A stretch of 63,921 bases of DNA, counting the filler, from Octopus bimaculoides (Eukaryota), in assembly GCF_001194135.2 (NCBI RefSeq). It is 6 parts of 5 records of this genome, joined end to end, with 100 filler letters (N's around TTAATTAATTAA, not from the genome) between each part and the next. Parts side by side here need not be neighbours in the genome. Positions count along the whole stretch, not along the records: positions 38,263 to 49,654 come from NC_068993.1; positions 49,755 to 58,501 come from NC_068989.1; 4 more parts are not named here. One strand, written 5' to 3'. The notes beneath the pieces were generated by a model. The model saw only the letters and a list, made by a program, of their open reading frames with translations, was not told where the DNA came from and ran no database searches. A program made the translations under genes and the position numbers. Of the stretch, positions 40,704-54,591 are shown piece after piece (the first letter of the stretch is position 1; every line of letters begins with the position of its first letter).

Positions 40704-41666
40704 NNNNNNNNNNNNNNNNNNNNNNNNNNNNNNNNNNNNNNNNNNNNNNNNNNNNNNNNNNNNNNNNNNNNNNNNNNNNNNNNNNNNNNNNNNNNNNNNN
40801 NNNNNNNNNNNNNNNNNNNNNNNNNNNNNNNNNNNNNNNNNNNNNNNNNNNNNNNNNNNNNNNNNNNNNNNNNNNNNNNNNNNNNNNNNNNNNNNNNNNN
40901 NNNNNNNNNNNNNNNNNNNNNNNNNNNNNNNNNNNNNNNNNNNNNNNNNNNNNNNNNNNNNNNNNNNNNNNNNNNNNNNNNNNNNNNNNNNNNNNNNNNN
41001 NNNNNNNNNNNNNNNNNNNNNNNNNNNNNNNNNNNNNNNNNNNNNNNNNNNNNNNNNNNNNNNNNNNNNNNNNNNNNNNNNNNNNNNNNNNNNNNNNNNN
41101 NNNNNNNNNNNNNNNNNNNNNNNNNNNNNNNNNNNNNNNNNNNNNNNNNNNNNNNNNNNNNNNNNNNNNNNNNNNNNNNNNNNNNNNNNNNNNNNNNNNN
41201 NNNNNNNNNNNNNNNNNNNNNNNNNNNNNNNNNNNNNNNNNNNNNNNNNNNNNNNNNNNNNNNNNNNNNNNNNNNNNNNNNNNNNNNNNNNNNNNNNNNN
41301 NNNNNNNNNNNNNNNNNNNNNNNNNNNNNNNNNNNNNNNNNNNNNNNNNNNNNNNNNNNNNNNNNNNNNNNNNNNNNNNNNNNNNNNNNNNNNNNNNNNN
41401 NNNNNNNNNNNNNNNNNNNNNNNNNNNNNNNNNNNNNNNNNNNNNNNNNNNNNNNNNNNNNNNNNNNNNNNNNNNNNNNNNNNNNNNNNNNNNNNNNNNN
41501 NNNNNNNNNNNNNNNNNNNNNNNNNNNNNNNNNNNNNNNNNNNNNNNNNNNNNNNNNNNNNNNNNNNNNNNNNNNNNNNNNNNNNNNNNNNNNNNNNNNN
41601 NNNNNNNNNNNNNNNNNNNNNNNNNNNNNNNNNNNNNNNNNNNNNNNNNNNNNNNNNNNNNNNNNN

Positions 41667-41709
<43 letters not shown>

Positions 41710-41749
41710 GGCTTAAACGTACGGTCACTAACAACACGCTTTGTTAAAT

Positions 41750-41915
41750 CCGAACGAAATTGAGTTCATTTAACGAGATAACTCTTATCAAATCACCTGA
41801 CCAGACTCTTCTGCACCGAGGGATGCACCACAACTAGATGTGTAGTTTCCCACTCACGAGGGATCGATGTAGGATGTGTCGAAACGATCGTTGTGACCAA
41901 TAAAGTTTCCTGTGT
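41750..41915 (+). mobile_element. Short repeat with an extended hammerhead-like fold, copy 2
   Basis: TCAC-CTGACCA-GAC...GTC-GAAA-CGATCGTT-GTGA at 41793-41896. Confidence 0.6.
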
Positions 41916-42163
41916 ATTCCATTTTCCATCTCTATCCTTTGTTATATATATACACACATTTGTGTGTGGAAGCATGCATACATGTGTGTGTATGTATATA
42001 TGTATATATGTGTGTATGTGTGTGTATGTGTGCATGTATATATGGGCATATGCGTAGAAATATGTCTATGTGTATGCTGCATGAGTAGATGTTGTCTATT
42101 TTTCATGTAAAATCCAATACCATGGTGCTCAATTCACATGCGTACAGATATATATGCGTGTAT

Positions 42164-42203
<40 letters not shown>

Positions 42204-42722
42204 GAGAGTGAGAGAAAGAAAGAGAGAGAGAGCGAGAGAGAGAGAGTGAGAGAGAGAGTGAGAGAGAGAGCAAGAGAGGGAGAGCAAGAGAGGGAGATAG
42301 AGAGAGAGTGAGAGAGAGAGAGAGAGAGAGAGCGTGTGTATGTGTTTATACACACAAATATAATCGATGACGATTCATCACAGCGTATGTAGTTTCACCA
42401 GTACTCTGCTCTTCCAAAAAGAGATAGAAAATATCTTACGTGCTTGCACAACGACACTAGCTCTGCTCTTCAGTTAATTATTCGTTTGAGGTCATTTAGC
42501 ATGAAAACCTTTAACATTTTATTTCACGATTGTTTAGTGTACTACAATCAAATGAAGGAAGTATGAAATGCTTGCACTTCCTTTTCGGTGAAGAAACAAA
42601 CCATAAATAACCTGATACATCATCTGCTATCTTGTATTTTGCTTCATCGCTAACGATATATTTCGTCGAAATTCAGTTTAAATTTTGATATGTCAATGTG
42701 GTACGGACGTAATTACTTACAA

Positions 42723-42759
<37 letters not shown>

Positions 42760-42854
42760 GTTTGTCTGTCTGTCTATCTATCTAACCCTTTTAACTCCTC
42801 TCCTTTTCTTTCTCTCTCTCTCTCTATGTATCTCTGTGTGTGCTTCTATCTGTG

Positions 42855-42897
<43 letters not shown>

Positions 42898-42978
42898 NNN
42901 NNNNNNNNNNNNNNNNNNNNNNNNNNNNNNNNNNNNNNNNNNNNNNNNNNNNNNNNNNNNNNNNNNNNNNNNNNNNNN

Positions 42979-43009
<31 letters not shown>

Positions 43010-43353
43010 TTTGTATGTGTGTGTATGTATGTATGTATAGTTGACAACATATTGCTAACAGAGACCTAGTGAATATTTTAATGTAAGAACATTCACTGTT
43101 TTCAGTTTTTCAATCACACGTGTTATAAGGTAAAATTCTCGACGTTGTTATCCGTATAATAGTAATTGCTTTTGGTAGTAGATATCAATATTTCTGCTTT
43201 GGTTTCGGAATGAAAATATTTATAGAATATATTTTGCATTTTGTAATTGCTCGTTTTTTTCTCCTTTATTTTGAGAAAAGGCTATGTTCTGAATTACCCA
43301 TTCACAAAATATTTGCATGTTTACTTCTTGTAAAATTTTGGCATGCAATGCTG

Positions 43354-43424
<71 letters not shown>

Positions 43425-43637
43425 TACATGAGCATGTATGGATATGTATGTATGTACGTACATTGTAAATATTAAGTTGGCAATAGATTTCAATCTACTC
43501 TCATTAAAATCACACAAGCAGTAACTACCCAGTTGTTATTATTAAAATTGATTTAAAACAATAACATTACTTTAAAATTTATAGAGTGGATATGGGCTGT
43601 TACTCCGTGTCAGCTTTCGATTTTGACTTGTAAATCA

Positions 43638-44862
43638 TTAAGTTGTACCGAAAATAATGCCCGCTCTAAGTGCTGTGTTTTGAAGCGCAATTTTATCATA
43701 GTATTTTAATGATGCTTTAGGTGAATTTCGACATACTTAATAATTGATGTACGCTCTTTAATATTTTTCTACTTATTTCAGACAGAAAACATTCTTGAAG
43801 CATAGGCGCCCTTAATTATGAACATGACAAAAAGGATGTTCGCTTACTTTTCTTGCATGAGTTGAAGCTTGGGCTCAATGCCTCCCAAACTGCTGCCAAT
43901 CTCAACAGAGCATGGGGAGAAGGGTACACAAGTGATCGCACAATACGAAAGTGGTTTTAGAGATTCTATAGTGGTGATGAGAGCCTTGAAGATGAAGGAG
44001 GTAGAGGTCGGTCATGTAGTCTTGACAATGAACAATTGAAAGCAATTGTTGAACAAATCCACGTCAATGTGTCAGAGAAATGTCTCAGGAACTTGGTGTC
44101 GATATTGCAACGGTCTCACGCAATCTGCGGAAGATTGGTCAGTTGAAAAGCTTGACAAATGGGTACCGCATGAGCTCAATGAAAATGAAAAAGTTCGGCG
44201 TTTTGAAATGTGCTCAATGCTCTTTCTACGAAACACCAATGATCCTTTAAACGATCAAATCAATGGCTTGACCATGATGAGTCCCCCAAACATTTTCCAA
44301 AGCCAAAGTTGCATCAGCAAAAGATTATGGTGACTGTCTGGTGGTCTTCAATTGGTGTTGTCCATTACAGCTTTCTGGATGCCAATCAGAGCATTACGGA
44401 AGAGGTTTACTGCAATCAACTCGCTGAAATGCATGTTCACTTGCTGAAAAGAGACCTGCATTGGTAAATCGGCGTGGCCTAATTCTGCTCCATGATAATG
44501 CAAAGCCACATGTTGCAAGAATGACGCTGTAGAAACTCACAGAGCTGGGAGACGAGACTTTACCACGTCCTCCATATTCTCCTGATCTTTCACCCACTGA
44601 TTACCATTTTTTAAAGCATTTAAACACGTTTTTAAGTGATAAAACTTTCAGCTCCAAACCAGAGGTGGAATCAGCTTTCAAAGATTTCTTAGCATCAAAT
44701 CCAATAAGTCTTTATCAACGAGGCATAAATAATTTCGTTGATCGATGGCAGAGATGCATAGATGTTCGCAGCTCGTACTTTGATTTATCAAAACATTTCT
44801 AATGCTAATTTTTCTAGAATACACTGTTTCTGAAATCGGTCATTATTTTCCGAACAACCTAA
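43638..44862 (+). mobile_element. Second full-length decayed mariner transposon (different family)
   Basis: TIRs TTA(A/G)GTTGT..GAAAATAATG with a right-hand TA. Broken transposase has WVPHEL, LLHDNAKPH, YSPDLSPTDYHFF and FVDRWQRC. Confidence 0.93.
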
Positions 44863-45260
44863 TATTACGAAAAANNNNNNNNNNNNNNNNNNNNNNNNNN
44901 NNNNNNNNNNNNNNNNNNNNNNNNNNNNNNNNNNNNNNNNNNNNNNNNNNNNNNNNNNNNNNNNNNNNNNNNNNNNNNNNNNNNNNNNNNNNNNNNNNNN
45001 NNNNNNNNNNNNNNNNNNNNNNNNNNNNNNNNNNNNNNNNNNNNNNNNNNNNNNNNNNNNNNNNNNNNNNNNNNNNNNNNNNNNNNNNNNNNNNNNNNNN
45101 NNNNNNNNNNNNNNNNNNNNNNNNNNNNNNNNNNNNNNNNNNNNNTATATATATATATATATTCGTGAATATGTAGGAGCGCGGCCTGCCGTTCGGTGTT
45201 CGGAATTATAAATGAATGTGTGTGTATGTGTTTGTGTGTGTATGTGTGTTCACGTTTATG

Positions 45261-45305
<45 letters not shown>

Positions 45306-46271
45306 TTGTATGTATGTATATATACATAAATAGATATATTTATATATAGATGTGTGCGTGTGTGTGTATGTGTGTATGTTTATATAGGAACAGGTATTTT
45401 TTCAGTATTCTTTTAGAAGTTTGAGACATACCTGTGTATACCTGTGTTCATTATAGACACACTGAACTTATTAGGTAAACTGTCGAGCTTATGTGAAAGG
45501 AGGGTGACACACTTAATACAATGGCATTATTTAAAATTCATCAAATATCTCTACCTAGGTGTCAAAATACTAAACATTTAATTAGACTTAAATAAACAAA
45601 ACACCTAAATCTAACTTAAAGAAAACTTATAATTCTTAAACACAGATTATTTAATGATTCTTTGATTTATTTAGTTTTATTTATTTATTGTTTTATTTTG
45701 TTTTTTTTATTTTGTTGTTCTTTATTCTTTTGTCTGGTCACAATTTTCATTTTTATTTTTTTATTTTCATTTTTATATTCTCTATGTTTATTTTCTTTGT
45801 CATCAATTCTATGTTATATTGTTTCTTTGCTTCTCTCACTCTCTTTCTCTCTTTTTTTTTCTCGTTTTAATGAGTCGATGCAAGATGTCACCGACACCAA
45901 CCACAGGTAAATTTGAATGGTAGTGTTAGATGCAAATTTTTCCACTGAGAACACCTGTGCAAACAATGCCCACCTCACTGCCATTTCAGCTGCACTCCAT
46001 GCTCCAGATAACTAATCCTGTGTCAAGTTAGTTAACAAAGCAACAACCACTTGCTATAGCATACAACGACATCCTCAATGTTCCGTTCAAACTCACACAC
46101 AGAGACACACACAGACTCACACACACATACACACATATATACGTTTATATATGAATAAATGTATATACATATATATACATATCTACATATATCTCTATAT
46201 ATATATATCTATATATGCATATATATATATATATATACATATTCATAGGTAAATGTATGTATACTGTATAC

Positions 46272-46310
<39 letters not shown>

Positions 46311-46385
46311 TACACATATATGTATACATATATATATATATGTATATATGTATATATATATGTATATATACGAATATACACACAC

Positions 46386-46416
<31 letters not shown>

Positions 46417-48377
46417 NNNNNNNNNNNNNNNNNNNNNNNNNNNNNNNNNNNNNNNNNNNNNNNNNNNNNNNNNNNNNNNNNNNNNNNNNNNNNNNNNNNN
46501 NNNNNNNNNNNNNNNNNNNNNNNNNNNNNNNNNNNNNNNNNNNNNNNNNNNNNNNNNNNNNNNNNNNNNNNNNNNNNNNNNNNNNNNNNNNNNNNNNNNN
46601 NNNNNNNNNNNNNNNNNNNNNNNNNNNNNNNNNNNNNNNNNNNNNNNNNNNNNNNNNNNNNNNNNNNNNNNNNNNNNNNNNNNNNNNNNNNNNNNNNNNN
46701 NNNNNNNNNNNNNNNNNNNNNNNNNNNNNNNNNNNNNNNNNNNNNNNNNNNNNNNNNNNNNNNNNNNNNNNNNNNNNNNNNNNNNNNNNNNNNNNNNNNN
46801 NNNNNNNNNNNNNNNNNNNNNNNNNNNNNNNNNNNNNNNNNNNNNNNNNNNNNNNNNNNNNNNNNNNNNNNNNNNNNNNNNNNNNNNNNNNNNNNNNNNN
46901 NNNNNNNNNNNNNNNNNNNNNNNNNNNNNNNNNNNNNNNNNNNNNNNNNNNNNNNNNNNNNNNNNNNNNNNNNNNNNNNNNNNNNNNNNNNNNNNNNNNN
47001 NNNNNNNNNNNNNNNNNNNNNNNNNNNNNNNNNNNNNNNNNNNNNNNNNNNNNNNNNNNNNNNNNNNNNNNNNNNNNNNNNNNNNNNNNNNNNNNNNNNN
47101 NNNNNNNNNNNNNNNNNNNNNATATATATATATATATATATATGCACATAAACACGTGTGATTAGTTTAAGTATGTGTACGAGGTGACAAAGAATTATTG
47201 TACGAGTGCACATGTGTGTTGTATTTGTGATGTTTGTAGCAACCATACGTATAATGCTATTCATTTTCTTACAACTTACTAATTTCCATTTAAAGTATCA
47301 CTAAATCATGCCCATGGTTATAATGAGAGGTTTCACATTTCTGACTAGAATTTAACGATTTGAGCAAGTGCACATGTATGAACTCACACACGCAATATTA
47401 GTGCTTTCTTTCTCCCATATCTCTCCCCCTGTCTTCTTCTATCTAACTGTCTATCAGTCTATCTCTCTGTCTTTCTGCTTTTCTATCAGTCTCGCTGTTT
47501 CTCTGTCTGTCTCTCTGTCTATCTATCGTTAACTATATCAAATATGTATAGTATTAATCTCTAAAATTCTATTGAGTACTTTATTACCGACAGTGAACAG
47601 TAAAGTGGTATGTCTTTGTATCTATGTATGTATGTATATATATATATATATACGAAAATCTTTGTGAAAATTACTTAATATACTTTTTATGTATAAAGGG
47701 GTTTGAAAAAAATGTAATAAAATCTTTTAACTAGATTTTACTAACTTTATTTGGAAGAAGTTTTTTTCCTAGTGTATGTGAGCGCTTTCGAATAATCTCT
47801 TCAAACACAAGTACTCTTGGTTAATATATATATATAGAGAGAGAAGGAGAGAGAGAGAGAGGGGGGAGAGAGAGAAGGAGAGAGAAAGAGGGAGAGAGAG
47901 AGGGAGAGAGAGTGGGAGAGAGAGAGGGTGAGAGAGAGGGAGAGAGAGAGAGTGTGTGTGTGTGCACTCACACAGACAAACGCACATATATTTATACATA
48001 CATATATGTGTATATATGTATTAATGTGTGTATACATACACACACACACACACACATATTATAGTCTCAAAGAATCACAACTTAATGATAGTTGTCAAAG
48101 TGCAACTCCGGTATGTTCAGTCAGATACAATGTGTTATATTTTACACGGAATCATTTATGCGGAATATGGTTTGAAATGGAGTAAAACAGAAACAACTAT
48201 AACAAATAATAAAGTTGTGCTAAATTAATTATCCATACTTTTCTATATCCCATATATATATATATATATATATAAGGAGAGAGAGAGAGAGGGAGAAAGA
48301 AAGTTAAAGAAATAGACGCATACATATTTACGTAGATACATACATATATACACTCATACATACATGCATATATACGT

Positions 48378-48897
48378 ACTGTTCCCTGTGGGGCGTGGAA
48401 AATAGTCATGCATTGTTGTAGAGGTCAGTTACCTAGCCGATGCGAAAGTACAATCAAAAGTCCAGGAAAAAGAGAACATTTATGGCGGAATAATACAGAG
48501 CTTACAGCTCTTGTACCCGGACAATGAATTCTCATTTGTACCTATCACAATAGTTGTATCAGGTTTTGTATGAATAAATTTGCACAAAAACCTAGAAACA
48601 TTCGGTTTCACAGAGAAAAGGCAAAAGAAACTGACGCACGTTCTCCGAATCCAATCTATTAGTGGCACACTGAAGATTTGTAAGACGTTCCAAAAATTCT
48701 GCATCTGAGATTTTTATGCGAATAGATGCAAATACTTGAGTGTATGCGTCAACATTTCAACCAACACTCCAACTCAACCACATATTTACGAACACTGGGA
48801 ACTTTCTTAACTCAAAAAGCCTCGTCAGTTTGTTAGCGACCGGCTTGAACTCTCTAAAGAACTGAAATAAAATTTAAGGAAAAGTCATACATACATA
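48378..48897 (+). mobile_element. 5'-truncated R4-type RLE retrotransposon, (CATA)n-associated lineage
   Basis: CIVVEVSYLADAKVQSKVQEKENIYG...LRIQSISGTLKICKTFQKFCI*. The 3' UTR ends in CATACATACATA. Confidence 0.75.
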
Positions 48898-49582
48898 GAG
48901 AGGGGATGGAGAAAGAGGAAGGGGAAAAAGGATTGGGTAGTGATTGTAATGTTTAATAATATAATGTTGGGAAAGTATCGGTTGTATCTCATATATCATA
49001 GTTGTAGTTTTTTTTTCTATCCCTGTTGTTGATGTTGTTGCTTCTGTTGCTTTTTGTCGTTGAATAAATTTACAATATGTTTAGACATAAAGTATAGCTA
49101 ACTGCCTGGTGGAAATCTTCTGTAACAACTTTATTTAACGAAACCTTTGTTATTCTCAAAGTTTCAAATATGCATTGTTAACAAGTGCAACAGAGCAAAA
49201 GCCACGACTAACGGTAGTGACAAACAGTGGGTACGAGATCTGCAATAATAACAGTTATAAATTACATTGTGCTTGTCAGCTGAACTCTATTTACTGACGT
49301 CTTATAGGTTTTCGTTGTTTTGTTTCGTTTCGTTTCGTTTTCTTTTTCCTTCATTTTACTATATTTTTATGGTGTCGACGTTAAAAAAAATAAAAACAAA
49401 AACATTAATTTGGGATGAAATCGGAGAAGTGTTGAAAACTGATCTTCGTTGTTTCTCGTCGTCGTTAGGACGTTGACATAAAGCTATTGTTATCTAGGAC
49501 TAATTGTTTGTTTGGTACAAATATTATCACTTCATCCGTTAGCAATTTTCTAAGTTTTTGTTCTCAGGTTACCAGAGTTTGA

Positions 49583-49644
<62 letters not shown>

Positions 49645-49754
49645 AATAATGATGNNNNNNNNNNNNNNNNNNNNNNNNNNNNNNNNNNNNNNNNNNNNTT
49701 AATTAATTAANNNNNNNNNNNNNNNNNNNNNNNNNNNNNNNNNNNNNNNNNNNN

Positions 49755-49820
<66 letters not shown>

Positions 49821-49822
<2 letters not shown>

Positions 49823-50122
49823 TGTCTTTGCACAGCTTCTAACGCTGGAGATGTATTACAGTGTCAGCTGTTCACTGCTAGTGAACTAAGGTAACACCAC
49901 TTATTTTTCGAGCACCTTCCGGAGTATTCGAGCGGTTCCAAGCAGTGCTGTATTCTGCAAGTGCTCCACCCTTATTGCAGCCCCTATTTGTTCCATGTAC
50001 TTCTCAAGATTTTTACTCACTATTCCCAGGGCTCCGACAATTATTGGTACTACTACCACCTTTTTCAACGACCACAACTGCTTAACCTCCCAACCTAACC
50101 TGTCATATCTCTCGACTTTACA
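49821..50122 (-). mobile_element. R4/Dong-type 3' fragment a
   Basis: KVERYDRLGWEVKQLWSLKKVVVVPIIVGALG...LQNTALLGTARILRKVLEK*. (TAA)n on both sides. Confidence 0.85.
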
Positions 50123-50126
50123 TTAT

Positions 50127-50160
<34 letters not shown>

Positions 50161-50161
<1 letters not shown>

Positions 50162-50738
50162 GTTCAGTAGTTTTATTTTTATAACGTGCTTTCACTTCAC
50201 TACCGAGCGCAGCTCTGTGCGCCTTGGGTATGTGCTGTGGTTTGCTGTGGTGCACTTATGGTTACTGTATTGAAAGTGTTTTGCGTAGGATGTGTGCAGT
50301 GCCCAGTAGTGCAATTTTCTGTATGTTATATATATTTGTAAGTCCTGGTATTTTTGTTATGTATTTGTCTGAATATTTTTTTATTATACCGAAGGCACCT
50401 ACTATGATAGGAATTGTTTCTGTTTTTAGATTCCACATTCGAGTTATCTCTATTTCCAGGTCTTTGTATTTTGAAAGTTTTTCCATTTCTTTTAGAGAAA
50501 CGTTGTCATCTGCTGGTNNNNNNNNNNNNNNNNNNNNNNNNNNNNNNNNNNNNNNNNNNNNNNNNNNNNNNNNNNNNNNNNNNNNNNNNNNNNNNNNNNN
50601 NNNNNNNNNNNNNNNNNNNNNNNNNNNNNNNNNNNNNNNNNNNNNNNNNNNNNNNNNNNNNNNTATATTTGGTCTATTTGCCTTAATTTCTCTATCTGTG
50701 TGTATTGTCATATCCCAGAGTATGGTTGCTTTCTCGTT
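50161..50738 (-). mobile_element. R4/Dong-type 3' fragment b (RLE domain, internal gap)
   Basis: ATILWDMTIHTDREIKANRPNI...PADDNVSLKEMEKLSKYKDLEIEITRMW...IQKIALLGTAHILRKTLSIQ*. Flanked by (TAA)n. Confidence 0.9.
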
Positions 50739-50793
50739 TATTATTATTATTATTATTGTTATTATTATTACTATTACTATTATTATTATTATG

Positions 50794-50861
<68 letters not shown>

Positions 50862-52371
50862 CATTTCTCTTTATCACGGGTTTCGTTGACGCTCTTGGAG
50901 TCTTGCATGCGTAACGGGCTTACTACCTGCAACCTAGGTACCATGCCATTCGTTCTTTTTAGTTAATACCTACCTGATTATCTCGACCGTGTCAAGGGGG
51001 CAAACCTTTTGTAACAGTTCCATTGGACACTCTATTCAGGTTTCCTTTATATTCCTCGATACTGTTCCCAATGACCCAACAACAATTGGCACTATCCTCA
51101 CCTTCTTCGTTTTCCATAACCGGGTTATTTCTTACTTAAGAGGGTTGTATTTATCTATCTTTTCGCCTTCTTTCTTGACTATTTGTGGGTCAAAGGAGCG
51201 TGCATCCTCGACAATATAACATATGTGGTGCATCTTGTCCACCACCACTAGGTCCAGTCTCTTATGCTCTAGCACCTGATCTGTTTGGAGTGGGAAATCT
51301 CAGGGGATTTTGCTTCTCTCCGACTCCACCGCTCTCTGTGGTTTGTGCCCATACTACGTCTTGCCTCCCTCTAGCACCCACTTTATGCACAGTTTCCAAT
51401 GTTGCACTTCGCTACCTGACCATGTAGCCGTGGTTTGGGGCAAGTCTTGGGCATTTGTTTGTGTTATGTGCAATGGTTTCATCTACTTTATTGCATATGC
51501 TGAACGGCGGAGACACTTACTCATTCCTAAGGTTGACCCTCCAGTTCGTTGCCAAAGCCTGGTCTTGCGCTGCCAGTATAGTGCTTTTAGTCTCTTTTAT
51601 TTGTGTTCCTTTCATCAGCCAATAACACCTATTTTTCGCAGCAACTTCTTTTGTGGCTACATGGAATTGATTGTGTAGTCCCTTCTTGTGTAATTCTTCT
51701 TCATGTCCCTTTTGTACTTCTTCCTTTATTTTCCCTTTTTTCAATGCTCCCTCGTTCCTAACTGTCACTAGTAAGGGTTTCTTATTTTGGGCCAAGTATT
51801 TCATTAAGCTCTCGAGTTCGATACGCACGCAGCCTTCCACACTTATCAGTCCCCTTCTTCCATTTACTCTCTTCGTGTATAGGCGATCAGTGTCTGCATG
51901 TGGTGGATGTGCGTCATGCATCGTTACGAGCTTTCTTGACTTCCTGTCCATCTCCTTTAGCTCCTCTGTCCAGTTCAGGATCCCAGCACCATACCGAACT
52001 ACTGCGACTGCATGCGAGTTTATTGCCAAAATTATGTTTCTGGCATTCCGCTTTGAAGCCAATATTTTTCTCACTCGCCGCAAGTACTCTCATTTTTGTC
52101 TTTTCCTTCATCATTTCACCGCTTGGCAACCATATGCTTTCTGTCCTGGAAAGCTTTCCTCGTTTTATCACCATCGTAGCACATTTTGAGAGTCCAAACT
52201 CCATCTTAATATTATTGAAGAAACTCCGCACAAACTGGACAAGGCTGTCCAGTTCTGCCTCAGTTTTTGCGAATAGCTTCAGGTCGTCCATGCATAGCAA
52301 GTGATTCAGTTTTCCCTTACCTCTTCCGTGATCATACCCCAACTTTGTTTTCTGTAGTATTTCAGAGGTGA
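50862..52371 (-). mobile_element. R4/Dong-type fragment c (RT, zinc-finger region, RLE)
   Basis: LNHLLCMDDLKLFAK (RT), HPPHADTDRLYTKRVNGRRGL and ETKSTILAAQDQALATN. Flanked by (TAA)n. Confidence 0.92.
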
Positions 52372-52379
52372 ATTATTGA

Positions 52380-52453
<74 letters not shown>

Positions 52454-52456
52454 TAT

Positions 52457-52960
52457 TTCAGTAGTGTTACTTCACTACTACTTGCCGTGCAAACGTACTT
52501 TCAGTTCACCTTGTGTATGTACAATGTTTGTTGTGTTTCGTAATCTAGTGGAAAATATTGTACGTAGCATGTACACAATGCCTAATAACTCTCTATGTTG
52601 CAATCATAAGTCCTTGTATTCTGCCTATCTATTTGTCTGCTTCTTTTTTCCTATTTCATTTTATCATTCTCCAGGCACTTATTATTATAGAGATTATATG
52701 TTTTGAAAACATACAATATCGATACGATACAACTGCATTATGCAACTCTGTATTTCCTGCTCTTTATATTCAGATGGTCTCTCCATTTCTTTCAACTATG
52801 TACATTGTTATCAGTTCATTGGTATTTCTTTTTATGGTTGTCTTTGGTAACAATGTCGAAACGAATTGCCTTAATGTTCCCGTCTGTACAAATTGGCATA
52901 TCCCAAAATACGATCTCTTCGTCATTTTCAGTCATCGTTTATGTTGTATATTTATACCCA
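52457..52960 (-). mobile_element. Older R4/Dong-type 3' fragment d (related to b)
   Basis: ENDEEIVFWDMPICTDGNIKAIRFDIVTKD. Its 3' end resembles 50161-50290 and it is followed by (TAA)n. Confidence 0.75.
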
Positions 52961-53149
52961 CTCTTTTATGAGTGTTTTTTTTTATATTTTTCATTTTGCT
53001 TGCTTTTTTCTATCTTTTTTTTGTTTTTGTTTTGTTGCATTTTTTCCTAATACTAAAATGTAGTCTCGTGTGTGCTGTATATTGCCTTCAGTTCTCGACT
53101 AATTGACGGAAGTAGTGGGGCGTGTCTTAAGTCTTTTTTAAATCTGTGA

Positions 53150-53150
53150 T

Positions 53151-53191
<41 letters not shown>

Positions 53192-53232
53192 ATCTCTCTA
53201 TCTATCTATCTCTCTATCTCTCTCTCTCTCTA

Positions 53233-53263
<31 letters not shown>

Positions 53264-53304
53264 ATCTATCTATCTCTCTCTCTCTCTCTCTATCTCGCTC
53301 TCTC

Positions 53305-53353
<49 letters not shown>

Positions 53354-53384
53354 CTATCTCTCTCTCTCTCTATCTCTCTCTCTC

Positions 53385-53477
<93 letters not shown>

Positions 53478-53586
53478 ATCTCTCTCTCTCTCTGAGTCTG
53501 ATCACAAACGATTTATTTCAGAAAAATAGGGATAGACAGGTAAAGAGAGAGAGAGACAAACAGACAGACTGACAGAGACAGAGACA

Positions 53587-53642
<56 letters not shown>

Positions 53643-53645
53643 AAT
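53150..53645. repeat. ~350-bp (CT)n/(CTAT)n tract followed by (AAAG)n
   Basis: Directly visible polypyrimidine mirror repeat. Confidence 0.95.
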
Positions 53646-53757
53646 TAACTCCTATGTAAGACAGGTGAAATATTTTTCGATCTCGAAGAGATGGATGAAA
53701 AAGATAATTTCGGCGGATTTCAACCAATCATTATCATCAACATCATCATCATCATTA

Positions 53758-53935
53758 AGGCAGTGAGCTGGCAGAATCGTAATGACGTTCTGAGTTCGAA
53801 TTCCGAACGAAGTCGACTTTGTCTTTCATCACTTCGGGGTCGATGAAATAATCACCATTTGAGCACTGGGGTGGGGTCGACGTGTTCGACTAACCCGCTT
53901 CCCAACAAAATGCAAGCTTTGTACCAATAGTAGAA
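53758..53935 (+). mobile_element. SINE family B (internally deleted)
   Basis: Homologous to 40421. Confidence 0.8.
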
Positions 53936-54591
53936 ATGTTTATTATTATTAAGAATCAAATGGGAAAGTTTTGGTTCTGCGCAGCGATCAAATAACATTG
54001 AGTTCTTGACTTGCTTGATAGCACCGATTTCTTTCTATGTCTTTTTCCGCTTAGACTTTGCTTAGTGTGGTGAAATATTTATAATTATATGTTGCCTTTG
54101 GGTATCAACTCAACTATGATATTTTGTAATCCAGTCTTTTAATTTAATTTCTAATGTTTAATCACTTCTTGGTTATTTCTTACCTCAGTTTGTTTTATAT
54201 TGCTGGCCCCCTTGAAGCCAACAAATATAAAGCAAAGTTTTATGTTTTTTGTTTGGTTTTTTTTCTTACTTTCAACGTGATTATATTACTATTTGTAGTA
54301 TTTTCATTTTATTTTTTGTTCAATATTCCTGTTGTAAGCATTTCCCACTTATTTTTCCATTTGTAAGAAATGCCTCACCTCATAAAATGCTTAATTTATT
54401 TACTCGAGGTTATTTCATACCGAGGATTTCTAAAAAGAATGAAATAGTGCTGTACAGAGATACCAAAGACTAGAAATTTTAAGTATCCTACACATCCTTT
54501 TTTTAATTCCTTGATTTCAAATTCAAACTTATAATCACACCAAATATGACGAAGAAATGATTATCTCCCTTGTATTAACTGTCTGCTAGAG

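Noticed and set aside
8957-47264. Long ORFs of 200-400 aa made of [13 protein letters not shown] or LSLS
   Set aside because: Read-through of N gaps and dinucleotide microsatellites.
52558-53050. Hydrophobic plus-strand ORFs of 115-137 aa resembling membrane proteins
   Set aside because: Antisense shadows of the minus-strand R4 fragment and T-rich DNA. The same applies to 51671-52304.
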